This document shows, piece after piece, positions 8,229 through 18,191 of a stretch of 64,000 nt of DNA. A model generated the notes under the pieces. The model searched no databases. It saw nothing but the letters and a program-made list of their open reading frames with translations, and was not told the origin of the DNA. Source of the DNA: an uncultured Candidatus Saccharibacteria bacterium (GTDB lineage: Bacteria; Patescibacteriota; Minisyncoccia; Phycocordibacterales; PALSA-1337); the NCBI GenBank assembly GCA_964645315.1, contig CAZYBH010000001.1, forward strand, positions 32,405 through 96,404. Direction: 5' to 3'. A program made the translations under genes and the position numbers. Each line of letters starts with the position of its first letter. Positions within the stretch are counted from its first letter, which is position 1.

Positions 8229-10202
8229 TTAAATCGTAAGTATAACCGGTATAACCATCGGCCTCTTGGCAGTCTTGTTTAGGAGGAATTTTGAGACAGC
8301 GTCGGTGATATTGTCTTTTACAAAATCAACATTAATCGGATTTTGACCACGCGTAGACTTCTCTATCGTCTCTTTTATTACTAATCTGACTTCATGCAAT
8401 AGATCTTGTGATTCTCTCAAATATACGAAACCACGAGAGATAATGTCTGGAGATTTCTTGAGCTTACCATTGATTGCATTGATTATGCCGAAGACAATGA
8501 ATATGCCATCTTGAGCAAGCATTTGTCGATCACGAATGACTACATCTTGAACATCACCGACAGAGAAACCGTCGACTAGGACAAGACTATTTGCGGCTTT
8601 TTCTTTGAGTTTTACTATCTTTTTTCCTCCTTCTTGGATCTCGATGATTGAACTATTGTCTGGAATAACTACGTCTTCTTCTTTGAGACCATTTGCCTCT
8701 TTTGCTATGTCGCCATGGACTCGAAGCATATAGTGATAACCGTGTAATGGTATGAAGAATTTTGGATGAATTTTCTTGTGTATCCAAGCTGTCTCATCTC
8801 TATTGGCATGTCCAGAAGAGTGGACGTCAGCGATACGATAGTGAATTATCTTTGCTCCTTGTCTTGAAAGATTATCTTTTAGTTTTTGAACTGCTCTTTC
8901 ATTTCCAGGAATAACTGATGATGAAAGCATAATCGTATCTCTTGGAGTAATTTTGATCTTAGTATGAGTTTTATTTGACATACGCATCATTGCGGCAAAT
9001 TCGTCTCCTTGAGCACCTGTAGCCAGAATAATGATCCTTTCTGGAGGATAGGACTCTATCTCGTCACTAGAAATCATTGTTTCGTTTTTTGCTTTAAGCA
9101 AACCTAGATGTTTACAAATCTCGATATTAGATTTCATACTTCGACCCTCGACTACGACTTTTTTGCCATACTTTTCTGCGAAATCGATAATACGAAGAAG
9201 TCTTTCGAGTAGAGAAGAGAAGGTGGCAATAATGAGTCTACCTTGAACATTTTTTATTATTTCCTCAATATTTTTGTGAACGGTCTTTTCTGGAATTGAG
9301 AAACCTGGATTTTCGACATTGGTCGAATCGGCCATAAGAAGTAGAACGTTTTCATTTTTGAAGGCGCGATCGTATTCAGCCTCTTCTTCTACTGTAGGGA
9401 TACCATCGACATGGTCTAGTTTGAGGTCTCCGGTATGGACGATAGATCCGAAAGGAGTCTGTACTATGATACCCATAGCATCTGGTATTGTGTGGGTAAC
9501 AGCGAAGAATTTGATCTTAAGACCGCCTAAGGTCAAAGTCTCTTCTTTCTCCACTACCTTGATATCTAGTTTTGGAACATGAGTAAATTCTTCTTGTCTC
9601 TTTTGGATCAAAATAGAGGTAAGGAGTCTAGTATATAGAGGAGGATTACCGATCCTTGGCATGATATAGGGGATACCACCTATATGATCTAGGTGACCGT
9701 GAGTGATGATTACGGCACGGATCTTGTCTTGCCTCTCTTCGAGATATTTTGTATTTGGCAAAATATAATCGATGCCCGGTGTGTTTTCATCTTTAAATTG
9801 AAAACCGATATCGATCACCACAATATCATTGCCATATTCGATTGCGGTCATATTTCTACCAATCTCTTCTACTCCACCCAAAGGTACAATACGGATAGAA
9901 TCTGGAGCCAAAGCAGGGATGACATCTTCTGATTTGGAATGAGTCAATGGTCTTGCGGGCGCTGGTCGACGATTGCCTTTGGTCGATTCTTTACGGATGA
10001 CATTCATCCTTGCTCCAGCTACATGTCTTAGCATTTCTGGGTGCTTCCTTAGGCCCTTGCCAAGTACTACTCTATGGCCAGGATGTGCTGTCTTTGTGGC
10101 GTCACTTTGTCCTTCTGTAGGCCTTGGACCGCTTGTGAAGGTGCGTATCGGTGGCTTGGAGCGACGGTGATTATTATTGAATTGTCTTTGATTGTTATTC
10201 AT
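8229..10202 (-). CDS. rnj: ribonuclease J (metallo-beta-lactamase / beta-CASP RNase) with K/R/N-rich N-terminal extension
   Basis: VVIDIGFQF..ENTPGIDYILP, IITHGHLDHIGGIPY (HxHxDH), beta-CASP and C-terminal domain. ~130-aa basic low-complexity N-terminal extension. Start Met uncertain. Confidence 0.85.
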   Translation of the reverse strand: MNNNQRQFNNNHRRSKPPIRTFTSGPRPTEGQSDATKTAHPGHRVVLGKGLRKHPEMLRHVAGARMNVIRKESTKGNRRPAPARPLTHSKSEDVIPALAPDSIRIVPLGGVEEIGRNMTAIEYGNDIVVIDIGFQFKDENTPGIDYILPNTKYLEERQDKIRAVIITHGHLDHIGGIPYIMPRIGNPPLYTRLLTSILIQKRQEEFTHVPKLDIKVVEKEETLTLGGLKIKFFAVTHTIPDAMGIIVQTPFGSIVHTGDLKLDHVDGIPTVEEEAEYDRAFKNENVLLLMADSTNVENPGFSIPEKTVHKNIEEIIKNVQGRLIIATFSSLLERLLRIIDFAEKYGKKVVVEGRSMKSNIEICKHLGLLKAKNETMISSDEIESYPPERIIILATGAQGDEFAAMMRMSNKTHTKIKITPRDTIMLSSSVIPGNERAVQKLKDNLSRQGAKIIHYRIADVHSSGHANRDETAWIHKKIHPKFFIPLHGYHYMLRVHGDIAKEANGLKEEDVVIPDNSSIIEIQEGGKKIVKLKEKAANSLVLVDGFSVGDVQDVVIRDRQMLAQDGIFIVFGIINAINGKLKKSPDIISRGFVYLRESQDLLHEVRLVIKETIEKSTRGQNPINVDFVKDNITDAVSKFLLNKTAKRPMVIPVILTI

Positions 10203-11959
10203 TATTTTAATATTTTCCAAACCTTTTCTCGATTGATGTACCAATCATTGATTGAATTCCATCGATCGGAAGGGTTGGTTATGTTATTGATAATTTTTTT
10301 ATTTTGAAAATTGTTAATTATTTCTTTTGGTAATATATAAGTAAATTCTGGTGAATAAAGAAATATTGCAGGTATGTCATTTTTTATGTATTTTTCTAAT
10401 TCTGTATACTTGTCTTTATTATCTTTTTCATCACTACTTGTTCGAATCTTTTCGAGTAGATCATCGACATGACTATTTGCATACATTGCTACATTTAGAC
10501 CGGGAGCATTGCGTTGTGATGAGTGCCAGTACGCATATAGATCTTTGTCTTTACCTATTTGTTGGCCGAATAATAGAGCATCAAACTTTCTTGGTCTAAT
10601 TATACTTTGGTAAAGTTCGGAGGAATCGTAAATTTTGATATTGACCTTTGCTCCTATTTCTTCCCAAGAATCCTTTAGGATTTGGGCGGTTTTCTTTAGG
10701 TCGGGAGTATCGGCTGTGTAAAGATCGAAGGTTAGGACTTGAAGAGTGTTTTTTGAGCCTTTCTTTTCGTAGACATTCGTCTCTTTATTCATTTGCCAGC
10801 CGTTCTTTTCGAGTAATGACTTCGCTAGATCAGGATTTCTTCTTGGAATGTTTTCGACTTGTTTGAGCTCGGAAAGTGGCAATGGTCCTGTAATAGCCAA
10901 ACCATAACCTTCCAAACCATTATCAATTATCTCTTTTCTATCGACAGCAAAATCCAAGGCTTGTCTCACTTCTTTTGTAGCAAGTATTGGATTGCTATTT
11001 TGATTGAAGAAGACGCCAAATATTCTCGGTAATGGTACGCTGATCGGATCGAATCCTTGTAAACTCAATTCTTTTGCATTTTCTGGCGATATAGAAGATA
11101 GGCTAGATATTGTGCCCGATTGTAATTGATCTACGGCATTTTCTTCATCTGCGTAGAAATAGAAGTTAATCTTTTCTATATACGGTTTCTTCGAATAGTA
11201 TTTACTTGATGAAACTAGGCTCAATGATGTAGGTATACCACCTTTATCTTTTAGGATATTTTTGAATTGATATGGTCCAGACCCAAGTGGTTGGATATTG
11301 TAATCACTAAAGACAAATTGATCATCATTTATACTATTCCAAATATGTTTCGGAAGTATACCCACAGTAGTATTTGTAATAAAAGGTGCATAAGGCTGTT
11401 TCAAAACGAAGACTATTTCTTCTGGAGAAATAACATTGATTGTTACATTATTCCAATCTGCTTTCTTTGGACTTTTCAAAAGTGGATTTTGGATTTTTTG
11501 AATGGTAAAGGCTATATCTTCGGTAGTAAGCTTGGATCCATCATGGAAATAGACATCAGGTCTAATCTTGAATGTATATTTGAGACCATCGTCAGATATA
11601 GCATAATCTTGGGCTATATCTGGTACAAGTTTATCGCCATCATATTTCATCAAACCTGAATAGACCAAAGCTGATATATCTCTATCGGCATCTGTTATGG
11701 CGAGGACGGGATTTATCATATGAGGAAGTCCGATAAGACCTTCATCTATCTCGCCTCCATAGCTCGGCACATCGATTTTGAACATATCGCTAACCTTTAG
11801 AGCCATAATCATCGATGTGAGTACAGCAATGGCAACTAAGATAGCGAAAATGGTCTTTTCTGTAATGCTAAATTTGTTTATGTATTGCATTATAAGATCG
11901 CCACTTCTTATACGAAATTCTTTTTCATTTTTGGGATTCACGATAAATAGAACCTTCAA
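10202..11959 (-). CDS. ABC transporter substrate-binding protein, family 5 (peptide/nickel type), membrane-anchored
   Basis: N-terminal TM anchor. GLPHMINPVLAITDADRDISALVYSGLMKYDGD and overall SBP_bac_5 (OppA/DppA-like) architecture. Confidence 0.7.
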   Translation of the reverse strand: MKVLFIVNPKNEKEFRIRSGDLIMQYINKFSITEKTIFAILVAIAVLTSMIMALKVSDMFKIDVPSYGGEIDEGLIGLPHMINPVLAITDADRDISALVYSGLMKYDGDKLVPDIAQDYAISDDGLKYTFKIRPDVYFHDGSKLTTEDIAFTIQKIQNPLLKSPKKADWNNVTINVISPEEIVFVLKQPYAPFITNTTVGILPKHIWNSINDDQFVFSDYNIQPLGSGPYQFKNILKDKGGIPTSLSLVSSSKYYSKKPYIEKINFYFYADEENAVDQLQSGTISSLSSISPENAKELSLQGFDPISVPLPRIFGVFFNQNSNPILATKEVRQALDFAVDRKEIIDNGLEGYGLAITGPLPLSELKQVENIPRRNPDLAKSLLEKNGWQMNKETNVYEKKGSKNTLQVLTFDLYTADTPDLKKTAQILKDSWEEIGAKVNIKIYDSSELYQSIIRPRKFDALLFGQQIGKDKDLYAYWHSSQRNAPGLNVAMYANSHVDDLLEKIRTSSDEKDNKDKYTELEKYIKNDIPAIFLYSPEFTYILPKEIINNFQNKKIINNITNPSDRWNSINDWYINREKVWKILK

Positions 11960-11971
11960 AGCTCTATGGTA

Positions 11972-12193
11972 TTAGATGAGGTTTATGAGAGCTGAGATGG
12001 CAAATAGGATTGCTACGACTATTGTTGTATTGAAGAGGACTTTTTCGAAGCCTCTACGGGTATGAAATGCAGAACTAAAATTGTCGCTTCCACCGAAAGC
12101 ACCACCGACTTGGGCGCCAGTTTTCTGAATCAAAATTATGGCAATAAGTATCACCGACAGAATCAACTGAATGTATGGAAGGAGTGACTTCAT
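11972..12193 (-). CDS. secG: preprotein translocase subunit SecG
   Basis: 73 aa, two TM helices. ILIQKTGAQVGGAFGG..FSSAF matches the SecG glycine-rich loop. Confidence 0.8.
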   Translation of the reverse strand: MKSLLPYIQLILSVILIAIILIQKTGAQVGGAFGGSDNFSSAFHTRRGFEKVLFNTTIVVAILFAISALINLI

Positions 12194-12238
12194 TGGGATT
12201 AGTCTAGCACACTTTTTGATTTTTGCAAGGATTGCTAT

Positions 12239-14074
12239 TTATCTTACGAAATAGCTAGCAAAATCAATAATAGAATAAAATACTGTAGCGCTTAAGCTTT
12301 TGAATAGGAAAGATTGATTTGTAGGGCTTGGAGATGGGTTGGGAGTAGGTGTAGCTGTCGGTGTACTTGTGATGGTCGGTGTTGGACTAGGTGTCGGAGT
12401 GGCATTTACACTTGGTGTTGCATTTGTGCTTGAGCTTGGACTTGGGCTTGGATTTGATTGGGTAGTATTTGTAGGGCTAGGACTTGGGGAATTGCTTGGA
12501 CTTGTGGAAGGACTTACTCTGATAGTCTGGCTTGGACTTGGGCTAGGTGAAGGAGTTATCCTGATCGTCGGACTTGGTCTCGGACTTGTACTTGGACTTG
12601 GAGTTCTTGAACTAACATTTGGACCAGATGAAGGGCTTGGAGAAGGTCTTGTATTTGAACTTGTATTAAGATTTTGATTTGGATTACCAGAACTTGTATT
12701 TGTTGAATTGCCACTTATATTTGGGTTTGAGCTCGTAACTTGATCTGAATTTTGGCCAGAACTTGATTTTATAAATTTGGAAATAGGAGTTTCAGGTGTT
12801 GGACTTGGAGTAAAACTTACTACCTCGACGGTTTTATTGAAGACTGATTCGTATGTATAAGAAGCTCCATCTACTACTCTTTGCCAAGCACTAGAAGTCA
12901 CGTCTTTTATTACGTCAGCAAAGTTGAGCTTTTCTAGTGGCGCATCTGCTTGTACGTTTTGGGCATTTTTATTTTTTGTTTGGTCGAAGCATATAGCATC
13001 TTTTCTTATTGTATTCATGCCGTCTTCCTGAGTAGCCTTACTTTTCTTGAATTCTTTTTGGAGTCTGGTAAATTCATCAACCCTTTCTTGCATCTTGATA
13101 ATAAGACGATTGCTTAAATTGTCATTTAGGGTTTCCAAAAATGCCGGTGGCAAATCTCTTGTCGTAAAACCATTTGCCACATACTGACTATCGACGCTTG
13201 GATATGAGACATTTACGCTGATAGTTTTGTTTGATGGATTTTTGGGATCTTTATTTTGAGTATCCAAAATCTCGATTTTTATAATAGCGGTATTTCTGTC
13301 AATTTCATCTCCTGAAAAATAATTTTTGAAAGCTATATATGAAGGCATATCCATAAGCAAAAGGTCATTGGCCATATTATTTGCTTTGTTAATAACTCTT
13401 ATTAGATCTATGATACCCAGCTTTTGACTACCATTTTTATTTAAGAAATCTTCTATATCAGATAGATTTTTGTATATTTTGGTATTTTGTTCTTTATTGG
13501 GCAATAGAAAAGTATTGAAATATATCTTTTTTGCATCTCCAGATTGTACGATATTTTTTGTGCCGACAATGTTATCGATTTTGCAATAAGCTTTGTGGCC
13601 TATATATTTATCAAAAGAATCTTTATTTATTGCTCCCTTAGGGACAATAAAGAAAATGAGATTTTGATTTTGGACTGAGTTTGAATTTTTCAATTCGGCA
13701 AGAGTGGCACTTATACTTGTATAGCTCTTTTCACTTATGTCCTTTAGAAGATCTAATTTTTCAAGACTTTGATTTATAGCATTTAACTTGGTTTTGTACT
13801 CTTCAACCGTCGAATATTTGTCATAGCAAATTGATTCGTTTTTGGCGCTTGATGCAATCTCCGGGTATCGGTTCAATTGATCTTCAGAATAACATTGTCG
13901 GAAATCATTTAGGTTTTCGCTATTTTCCAAATCGTAATGAGTCAATGATCCGGTCTTTGCATCATAACTATCGTATCCTTGACGAACTTCAGCTTTTGAA
14001 ATACATGGTGAAAAAAATACCAAAAATAATCCAGTTGTAACCATAAGGCTTTTATATGGAAAATTTTGGCCCAT
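12239..14074 (-). CDS. large secreted protein with C-terminal S/P/T-rich low-complexity tail (putative surface protein)
   Basis: Signal peptide (MVTTGLFLVFFSPCISKA). ~180-aa SPSPSPT... tail. No recognisable catalytic motif. Confidence 0.55.
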   Translation of the reverse strand: MGQNFPYKSLMVTTGLFLVFFSPCISKAEVRQGYDSYDAKTGSLTHYDLENSENLNDFRQCYSEDQLNRYPEIASSAKNESICYDKYSTVEEYKTKLNAINQSLEKLDLLKDISEKSYTSISATLAELKNSNSVQNQNLIFFIVPKGAINKDSFDKYIGHKAYCKIDNIVGTKNIVQSGDAKKIYFNTFLLPNKEQNTKIYKNLSDIEDFLNKNGSQKLGIIDLIRVINKANNMANDLLLMDMPSYIAFKNYFSGDEIDRNTAIIKIEILDTQNKDPKNPSNKTISVNVSYPSVDSQYVANGFTTRDLPPAFLETLNDNLSNRLIIKMQERVDEFTRLQKEFKKSKATQEDGMNTIRKDAICFDQTKNKNAQNVQADAPLEKLNFADVIKDVTSSAWQRVVDGASYTYESVFNKTVEVVSFTPSPTPETPISKFIKSSSGQNSDQVTSSNPNISGNSTNTSSGNPNQNLNTSSNTRPSPSPSSGPNVSSRTPSPSTSPRPSPTIRITPSPSPSPSQTIRVSPSTSPSNSPSPSPTNTTQSNPSPSPSSSTNATPSVNATPTPSPTPTITSTPTATPTPNPSPSPTNQSFLFKSLSATVFYSIIDFASYFVR

Positions 14075-14175
14075 GCCTAATTATAACTTAAATTTCTGTC
14101 AGTATATACTTCACAAAGTGACTATTATGTATATAATGTTTTTTATTAGCTTATTATTACTTTAATCATAAAACA

Positions 14176-14487
14176 ATGAAAGACATATCAAAGAAAATCA
14201 AACCATTGCAAGATCGAGTCCTCATTAAAGAAGATGATGAAAGTAAAGAAAAGAAAACTTCTTCAGGGATAATAATTCCCATTACCGTAAATGAGGATAA
14301 AGGTAGCAAAAAGGGTAGTATTGTCGCTGTAGGTCCTGGTCACTATGAACAAGGTAAACTCATACCTATCGGTCTTAAAGTGGGTGATGAAGTCTTATTC
14401 CAATGGGGCGATAAGATCAAAATTGAAGATCAAGAATATTATTTAGTCAAAGAAAACGAGATTTTAGCAGTTATAAATTCAAAATAA
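14176..14487 (+). CDS. groES: co-chaperonin GroES
   Basis: IKPLQDRVLIK...SGIIIP...KGSIVAVGPG mobile loop/roof hairpin. Directly upstream of groEL. Confidence 0.9.
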   Translation: MKDISKKIKPLQDRVLIKEDDESKEKKTSSGIIIPITVNEDKGSKKGSIVAVGPGHYEQGKLIPIGLKVGDEVLFQWGDKIKIEDQEYYLVKENEILAVINSK

Positions 14488-14488
14488 T

Positions 14489-16126
14489 ATGGCCAAGAAA
14501 ATTCTCTACAATGAAGAGGCTCGAAAAGCTCTCAAAAATGGTATCGATGCAGTTGCAAATGTAGTCAAGATCACTATCGGTCCACGCGGTCGCAATGTGG
14601 TCTTGGATAAGGGTTACGGTTCGCCTACTATTACAAATGACGGCGTTTCTATTGCAAAAGATATTACTCTCAAAGATAAGTTCGAAAACTTGGGAGCAGA
14701 GATAGTCAAAGAAGTGGCAAATAAGACAAATGATATAGCGGGTGACGGTACGACTACAGCTACGGTCCTCATCCAATCTATAGTCAATGAAGGTATCAAG
14801 GAGACAAATCTAGGTGTCAATGCTATGGGACTTCGATCTGGTATCGAATCCGCTTCAAAAGATGTCGTCGAAGCTTTGAAAAAGATCTCTACACCCATTA
14901 AGACCGATGAAGAGATTAAGCAAGTTGCCACTATTTCTGCTGAGTCAGAAGAATTGGGCAAGATTATCGCTGATACAATAAAGAAGGTAGGCAAAGATGG
15001 TGTAGTTACGGTAGAAGAATCTCAATCGACAGAATTGGAATCAGAAATAGTAGAGGGTATACAATTTGATAAAGGTTATGTGTCCGCCTACATGATTACA
15101 AATGCCGAGAGGATGGAAGCAGAATATTCTGATCCGGCAATACTCATTACTGATAAGAAAATCTCATCTATCAAAGAGATTTTGCCTTTATTGGAACAAT
15201 TGGCTAAGACCGGCAGGAAAGATTTGGTAATTATTGCCGAAGATGTCGATGGTGAGGCTTTGACTACTTTTGTATTGAATAAATTGCGAGGTACATTCAA
15301 TGTTTTAGCAATTAAAGCTCCAGGATATGGTGATAGCAAAAAAGAAATGCTTAGTGATATAGCTGTTACCATTGGAGCAAAAGTTATTACCGAAGATATT
15401 GGCTTGAAATTAGAAAATGCTGATTTGTCTGTTTTGGGCAAAGCTCGAAAAGTTATTTCAACGAAAGATAGTACGGTCATTGTTGGAGGTAAGGGTAAGA
15501 AGTCAGAAATAGAAAATAGAATTGCTCAAATAAAAAAGCAAAGAACTCTTACCGATTCAAAATACGAGGGTGAAAAACTGGAAGAAAGGATCGCCAAACT
15601 TTCAGGTGGAGTGGCTGTGATCAGAGTCGGTGCAGCGACTGAGACTGAGATGAAATATTTGAAACTAAAAATTGAAGATGCTGTAAATGCTACGAAGGCT
15701 GCTATCGAAGAGGGTATAGTCCCAGGTGGAGGTGTAGCTCTTATTCGCTCCGGTCTTGAAGTAGAAAAATTACTTACAAATAAAAAGGGTTTGACCAAAG
15801 AGCAAGAGCTTGGTTACAAAATTGTTTTGAAAGCTCTTTCTGCACCGACCAAGCAAATAGCCATAAATGCAGGCAAGGAAGACGGTGCAGTCATCGTAGA
15901 TAAGATCCGAAATGGTAAAGGCAATATCGGCTACGATGCTCTCAAGGATGAAATGGTTCCTGATATGATAAATCGTGGTATTGTCGATCCGGTCAAGGTT
16001 ACAAGATTGGGTGTCGAAAATGCTTGTTCTGCCGCTTCTATTCTCCTTACTACCGAGGCTGCTATAGCCGATGAACCAGAGCCAAAGAAAGAAACTTCAC
16101 CAAATAGTCCAGATATGGGATACTAG
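14489..16126 (+). CDS. groEL: chaperonin GroEL
   Basis: MAKKILYNEEARKAL..., AGDGTTTATVL, GGGVALIR. 545 aa. Confidence 0.95.
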   Translation: MAKKILYNEEARKALKNGIDAVANVVKITIGPRGRNVVLDKGYGSPTITNDGVSIAKDITLKDKFENLGAEIVKEVANKTNDIAGDGTTTATVLIQSIVNEGIKETNLGVNAMGLRSGIESASKDVVEALKKISTPIKTDEEIKQVATISAESEELGKIIADTIKKVGKDGVVTVEESQSTELESEIVEGIQFDKGYVSAYMITNAERMEAEYSDPAILITDKKISSIKEILPLLEQLAKTGRKDLVIIAEDVDGEALTTFVLNKLRGTFNVLAIKAPGYGDSKKEMLSDIAVTIGAKVITEDIGLKLENADLSVLGKARKVISTKDSTVIVGGKGKKSEIENRIAQIKKQRTLTDSKYEGEKLEERIAKLSGGVAVIRVGAATETEMKYLKLKIEDAVNATKAAIEEGIVPGGGVALIRSGLEVEKLLTNKKGLTKEQELGYKIVLKALSAPTKQIAINAGKEDGAVIVDKIRNGKGNIGYDALKDEMVPDMINRGIVDPVKVTRLGVENACSAASILLTTEAAIADEPEPKKETSPNSPDMGY

Positions 16127-16130
16127 TATA

Positions 16131-16805
16131 ATGAAATTTTTCTTTAGCATAGTCATAATTCTTCTTTTAGTCTTTTTAGGCTTTATCGGTTTTGAGGTCT
16201 ATAAATACCTCGACGAGAAAAATTCTCTGCAATTTTCACCTATAGTCCTAGACACTGCAAGTTCTACTGATCTTGTGTCAAATTCTACTTCTACAAGTAT
16301 TGTTACAAAAGCAGATATATCTAAGTGGAAAATGATAGACAATAGTGAATTGGGTTATAGCGTCAAATATCCAGACAATCTTATAGTCAATAAAGATGAA
16401 TTATCTTTGATTCTAGCTTTTCCAAAGAAAGCCTATTTTCACTGGCCTTTGGAAGATGAGTTCAAGGTTACGATTACAGCTACATCAAGTTGTAAGACCG
16501 ATAAGTTACAAAAAATCACCATCAATGATAAAGACTTATATCTAGTATCAGAGATTGAAGATGGTGCTGTCGGTACCATTACAAAAGAGAAAACCTATGA
16601 ATTTGATGGAAATGGATCTTGTTACAAAATAATTGTAACTTCAAGAGGTAGGAATACAGCAAGCCTTTATGTTGATGATCCTGCTTTGATCAAGAAGTAT
16701 GACAAACAACACGAAGATGAAGTAAGGGCAGTTTGGGACATAATAAATTCGATAATCTACAGTTTTGAAATAAAAGAGATACCTGCTGGAGATATTGAAA
16801 GCTAA
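16131..16805 (+). CDS. hypothetical membrane-anchored secreted protein
   Basis: N-terminal TM helix MKFFFSIVIILLLVFLGFIGF, then a soluble domain with no recognised motif. Start trimmed from ORF-track 16071 to avoid overlap with the groEL stop. Confidence 0.4.
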   Translation: MKFFFSIVIILLLVFLGFIGFEVYKYLDEKNSLQFSPIVLDTASSTDLVSNSTSTSIVTKADISKWKMIDNSELGYSVKYPDNLIVNKDELSLILAFPKKAYFHWPLEDEFKVTITATSSCKTDKLQKITINDKDLYLVSEIEDGAVGTITKEKTYEFDGNGSCYKIIVTSRGRNTASLYVDDPALIKKYDKQHEDEVRAVWDIINSIIYSFEIKEIPAGDIES

Positions 16806-16882
16806 TTGAATAAGTTGGGAAAATATGCTAGGATACTCTAAACCCTAACAAGGCTTTAGTAGCTTATAAAAAAATATTATTT

Positions 16883-17557
16883 ATGAAGAAGTCAACTTTA
16901 TGGTCTCTTATAGTTTTGGTCGTTATTATTATCGTTTTGGTCATCTATGGTGGTGGCAATAAGTCCAATACACCAAGTGGTGAAGCAAACAATGAGCCTT
17001 CGACATCGTCTGTACCAGTTATCGAGACGACCAAGGTCTCATCCAAGACATCCAAATTCGAAAATGCAGAACTAGGATTTGCAGTTAGCTATCCTTCTAC
17101 ATGGCAAGCCGAAAATACCGATCAAGGCGTTACATTTATTATCCCAATCGACAAAGATCAGGTCTCAACAATGGCAAAACTTCAAGCAGATGTTACTGTC
17201 TTGGCCTCAAAATGTGCCTTCCCAGCAGTCGTAACAGTCAAAGAGCGTGGCACATTGAAAGTTGGCAATTTGACAGCAAACATGATCTCTATGTCAAACA
17301 GTGTACAAGGTCGTGCTTATTTCAATCGCATGTACTCATTACAAAAAGATAGTCTCTGTTACATGTTCTCATTTGCTTCTATCGCTCTATCACCAGAAAG
17401 CAAAGGTTTGACTGGTTCAAATATTACTCAAGCTCAAAACAACAACAAAGCTTTGACAACAACTTCAGATACAGATTTCACCAACCTAGTTAAGTCATTT
17501 ACTTTCGTTGAGTCAAAAGCTGGTCAAGACGAATCAAAGGTTAATCCTACAAAATAA
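16883..17557 (+). CDS. hypothetical membrane-anchored secreted protein
   Basis: N-terminal TM MKKSTLWSLIVLVVIIIVLVIYGGG, then an S/T-rich linker. No family recognised. Confidence 0.4.
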   Translation: MKKSTLWSLIVLVVIIIVLVIYGGGNKSNTPSGEANNEPSTSSVPVIETTKVSSKTSKFENAELGFAVSYPSTWQAENTDQGVTFIIPIDKDQVSTMAKLQADVTVLASKCAFPAVVTVKERGTLKVGNLTANMISMSNSVQGRAYFNRMYSLQKDSLCYMFSFASIALSPESKGLTGSNITQAQNNNKALTTTSDTDFTNLVKSFTFVESKAGQDESKVNPTK

Positions 17558-17559
17558 CA

Positions 17560-18114
17560 ATGAAGAAAATTACATTAATAATTTTGGCTATAGTAGTTAT
17601 TGTTGCTATATACGCTATAGCTAGCTACAACAGTCTTGTTACTCTCAATGTCTCAGCAGATACTCAGTGGAAACAAGTAGAGACTGATTATCAGAGAAGA
17701 TTTGATCTTATCCCAAATCTAGTAGAGTCAGTCAAAGGAAGCATGAAGCAAGAGCAAGCCGTTTTCACCGCTATTGCTGATGCAAGGACAAAGTATTCTG
17801 GTGCCAAGACTGCCGATGAGAAAGCTCAAGCTGCAGGTCAAGTCGAAAGCGCTCTCGGAAGATTGCTCGTCATTACCGAAAATTACCCTAGTCTCAAATC
17901 ATCAGAAGCTGTCCAATCCCTCATGTCTCAGCTCGAAGGATCCGAAAACCGCATTAGCGTACAGAGGATGAGATACAATGACACAGTCAAATCTTACAAT
18001 CTCAAAGTTATGAGATTCCCTAGCTCGATCGTCGCTTCAATGTTCGGTTTCAGCCAAAGATCATATTTCGAAGCTCAAAAAGGCGCAGAGGTCGCACCCG
18101 CAGTTAAGTTCTAA
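17560..18114 (+). CDS. lemA: LemA family protein
   Basis: N-terminal TM plus YNSLVTLNVSADTQWKQVETDYQRRFDLIPNLVESVKG.. matches the LemA family signature. Confidence 0.8.
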   Translation: MKKITLIILAIVVIVAIYAIASYNSLVTLNVSADTQWKQVETDYQRRFDLIPNLVESVKGSMKQEQAVFTAIADARTKYSGAKTADEKAQAAGQVESALGRLLVITENYPSLKSSEAVQSLMSQLEGSENRISVQRMRYNDTVKSYNLKVMRFPSSIVASMFGFSQRSYFEAQKGAEVAPAVKF

Positions 18115-18191
18115 AGACAAGAGAATTAGAGAGTTAGAAAAATAGAGTTTACATTTTCTACCTATTATCTCTACTCTCATTTCTACAAAAT

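Noticed and set aside
12339-12677. ORF-track +strand 112-aa ORF rich in GLG/VGV repeats
   Set aside because: Lies antisense to the S/P/T-rich tail of the 611-aa secreted protein and simply mirrors its low complexity. No RBS.
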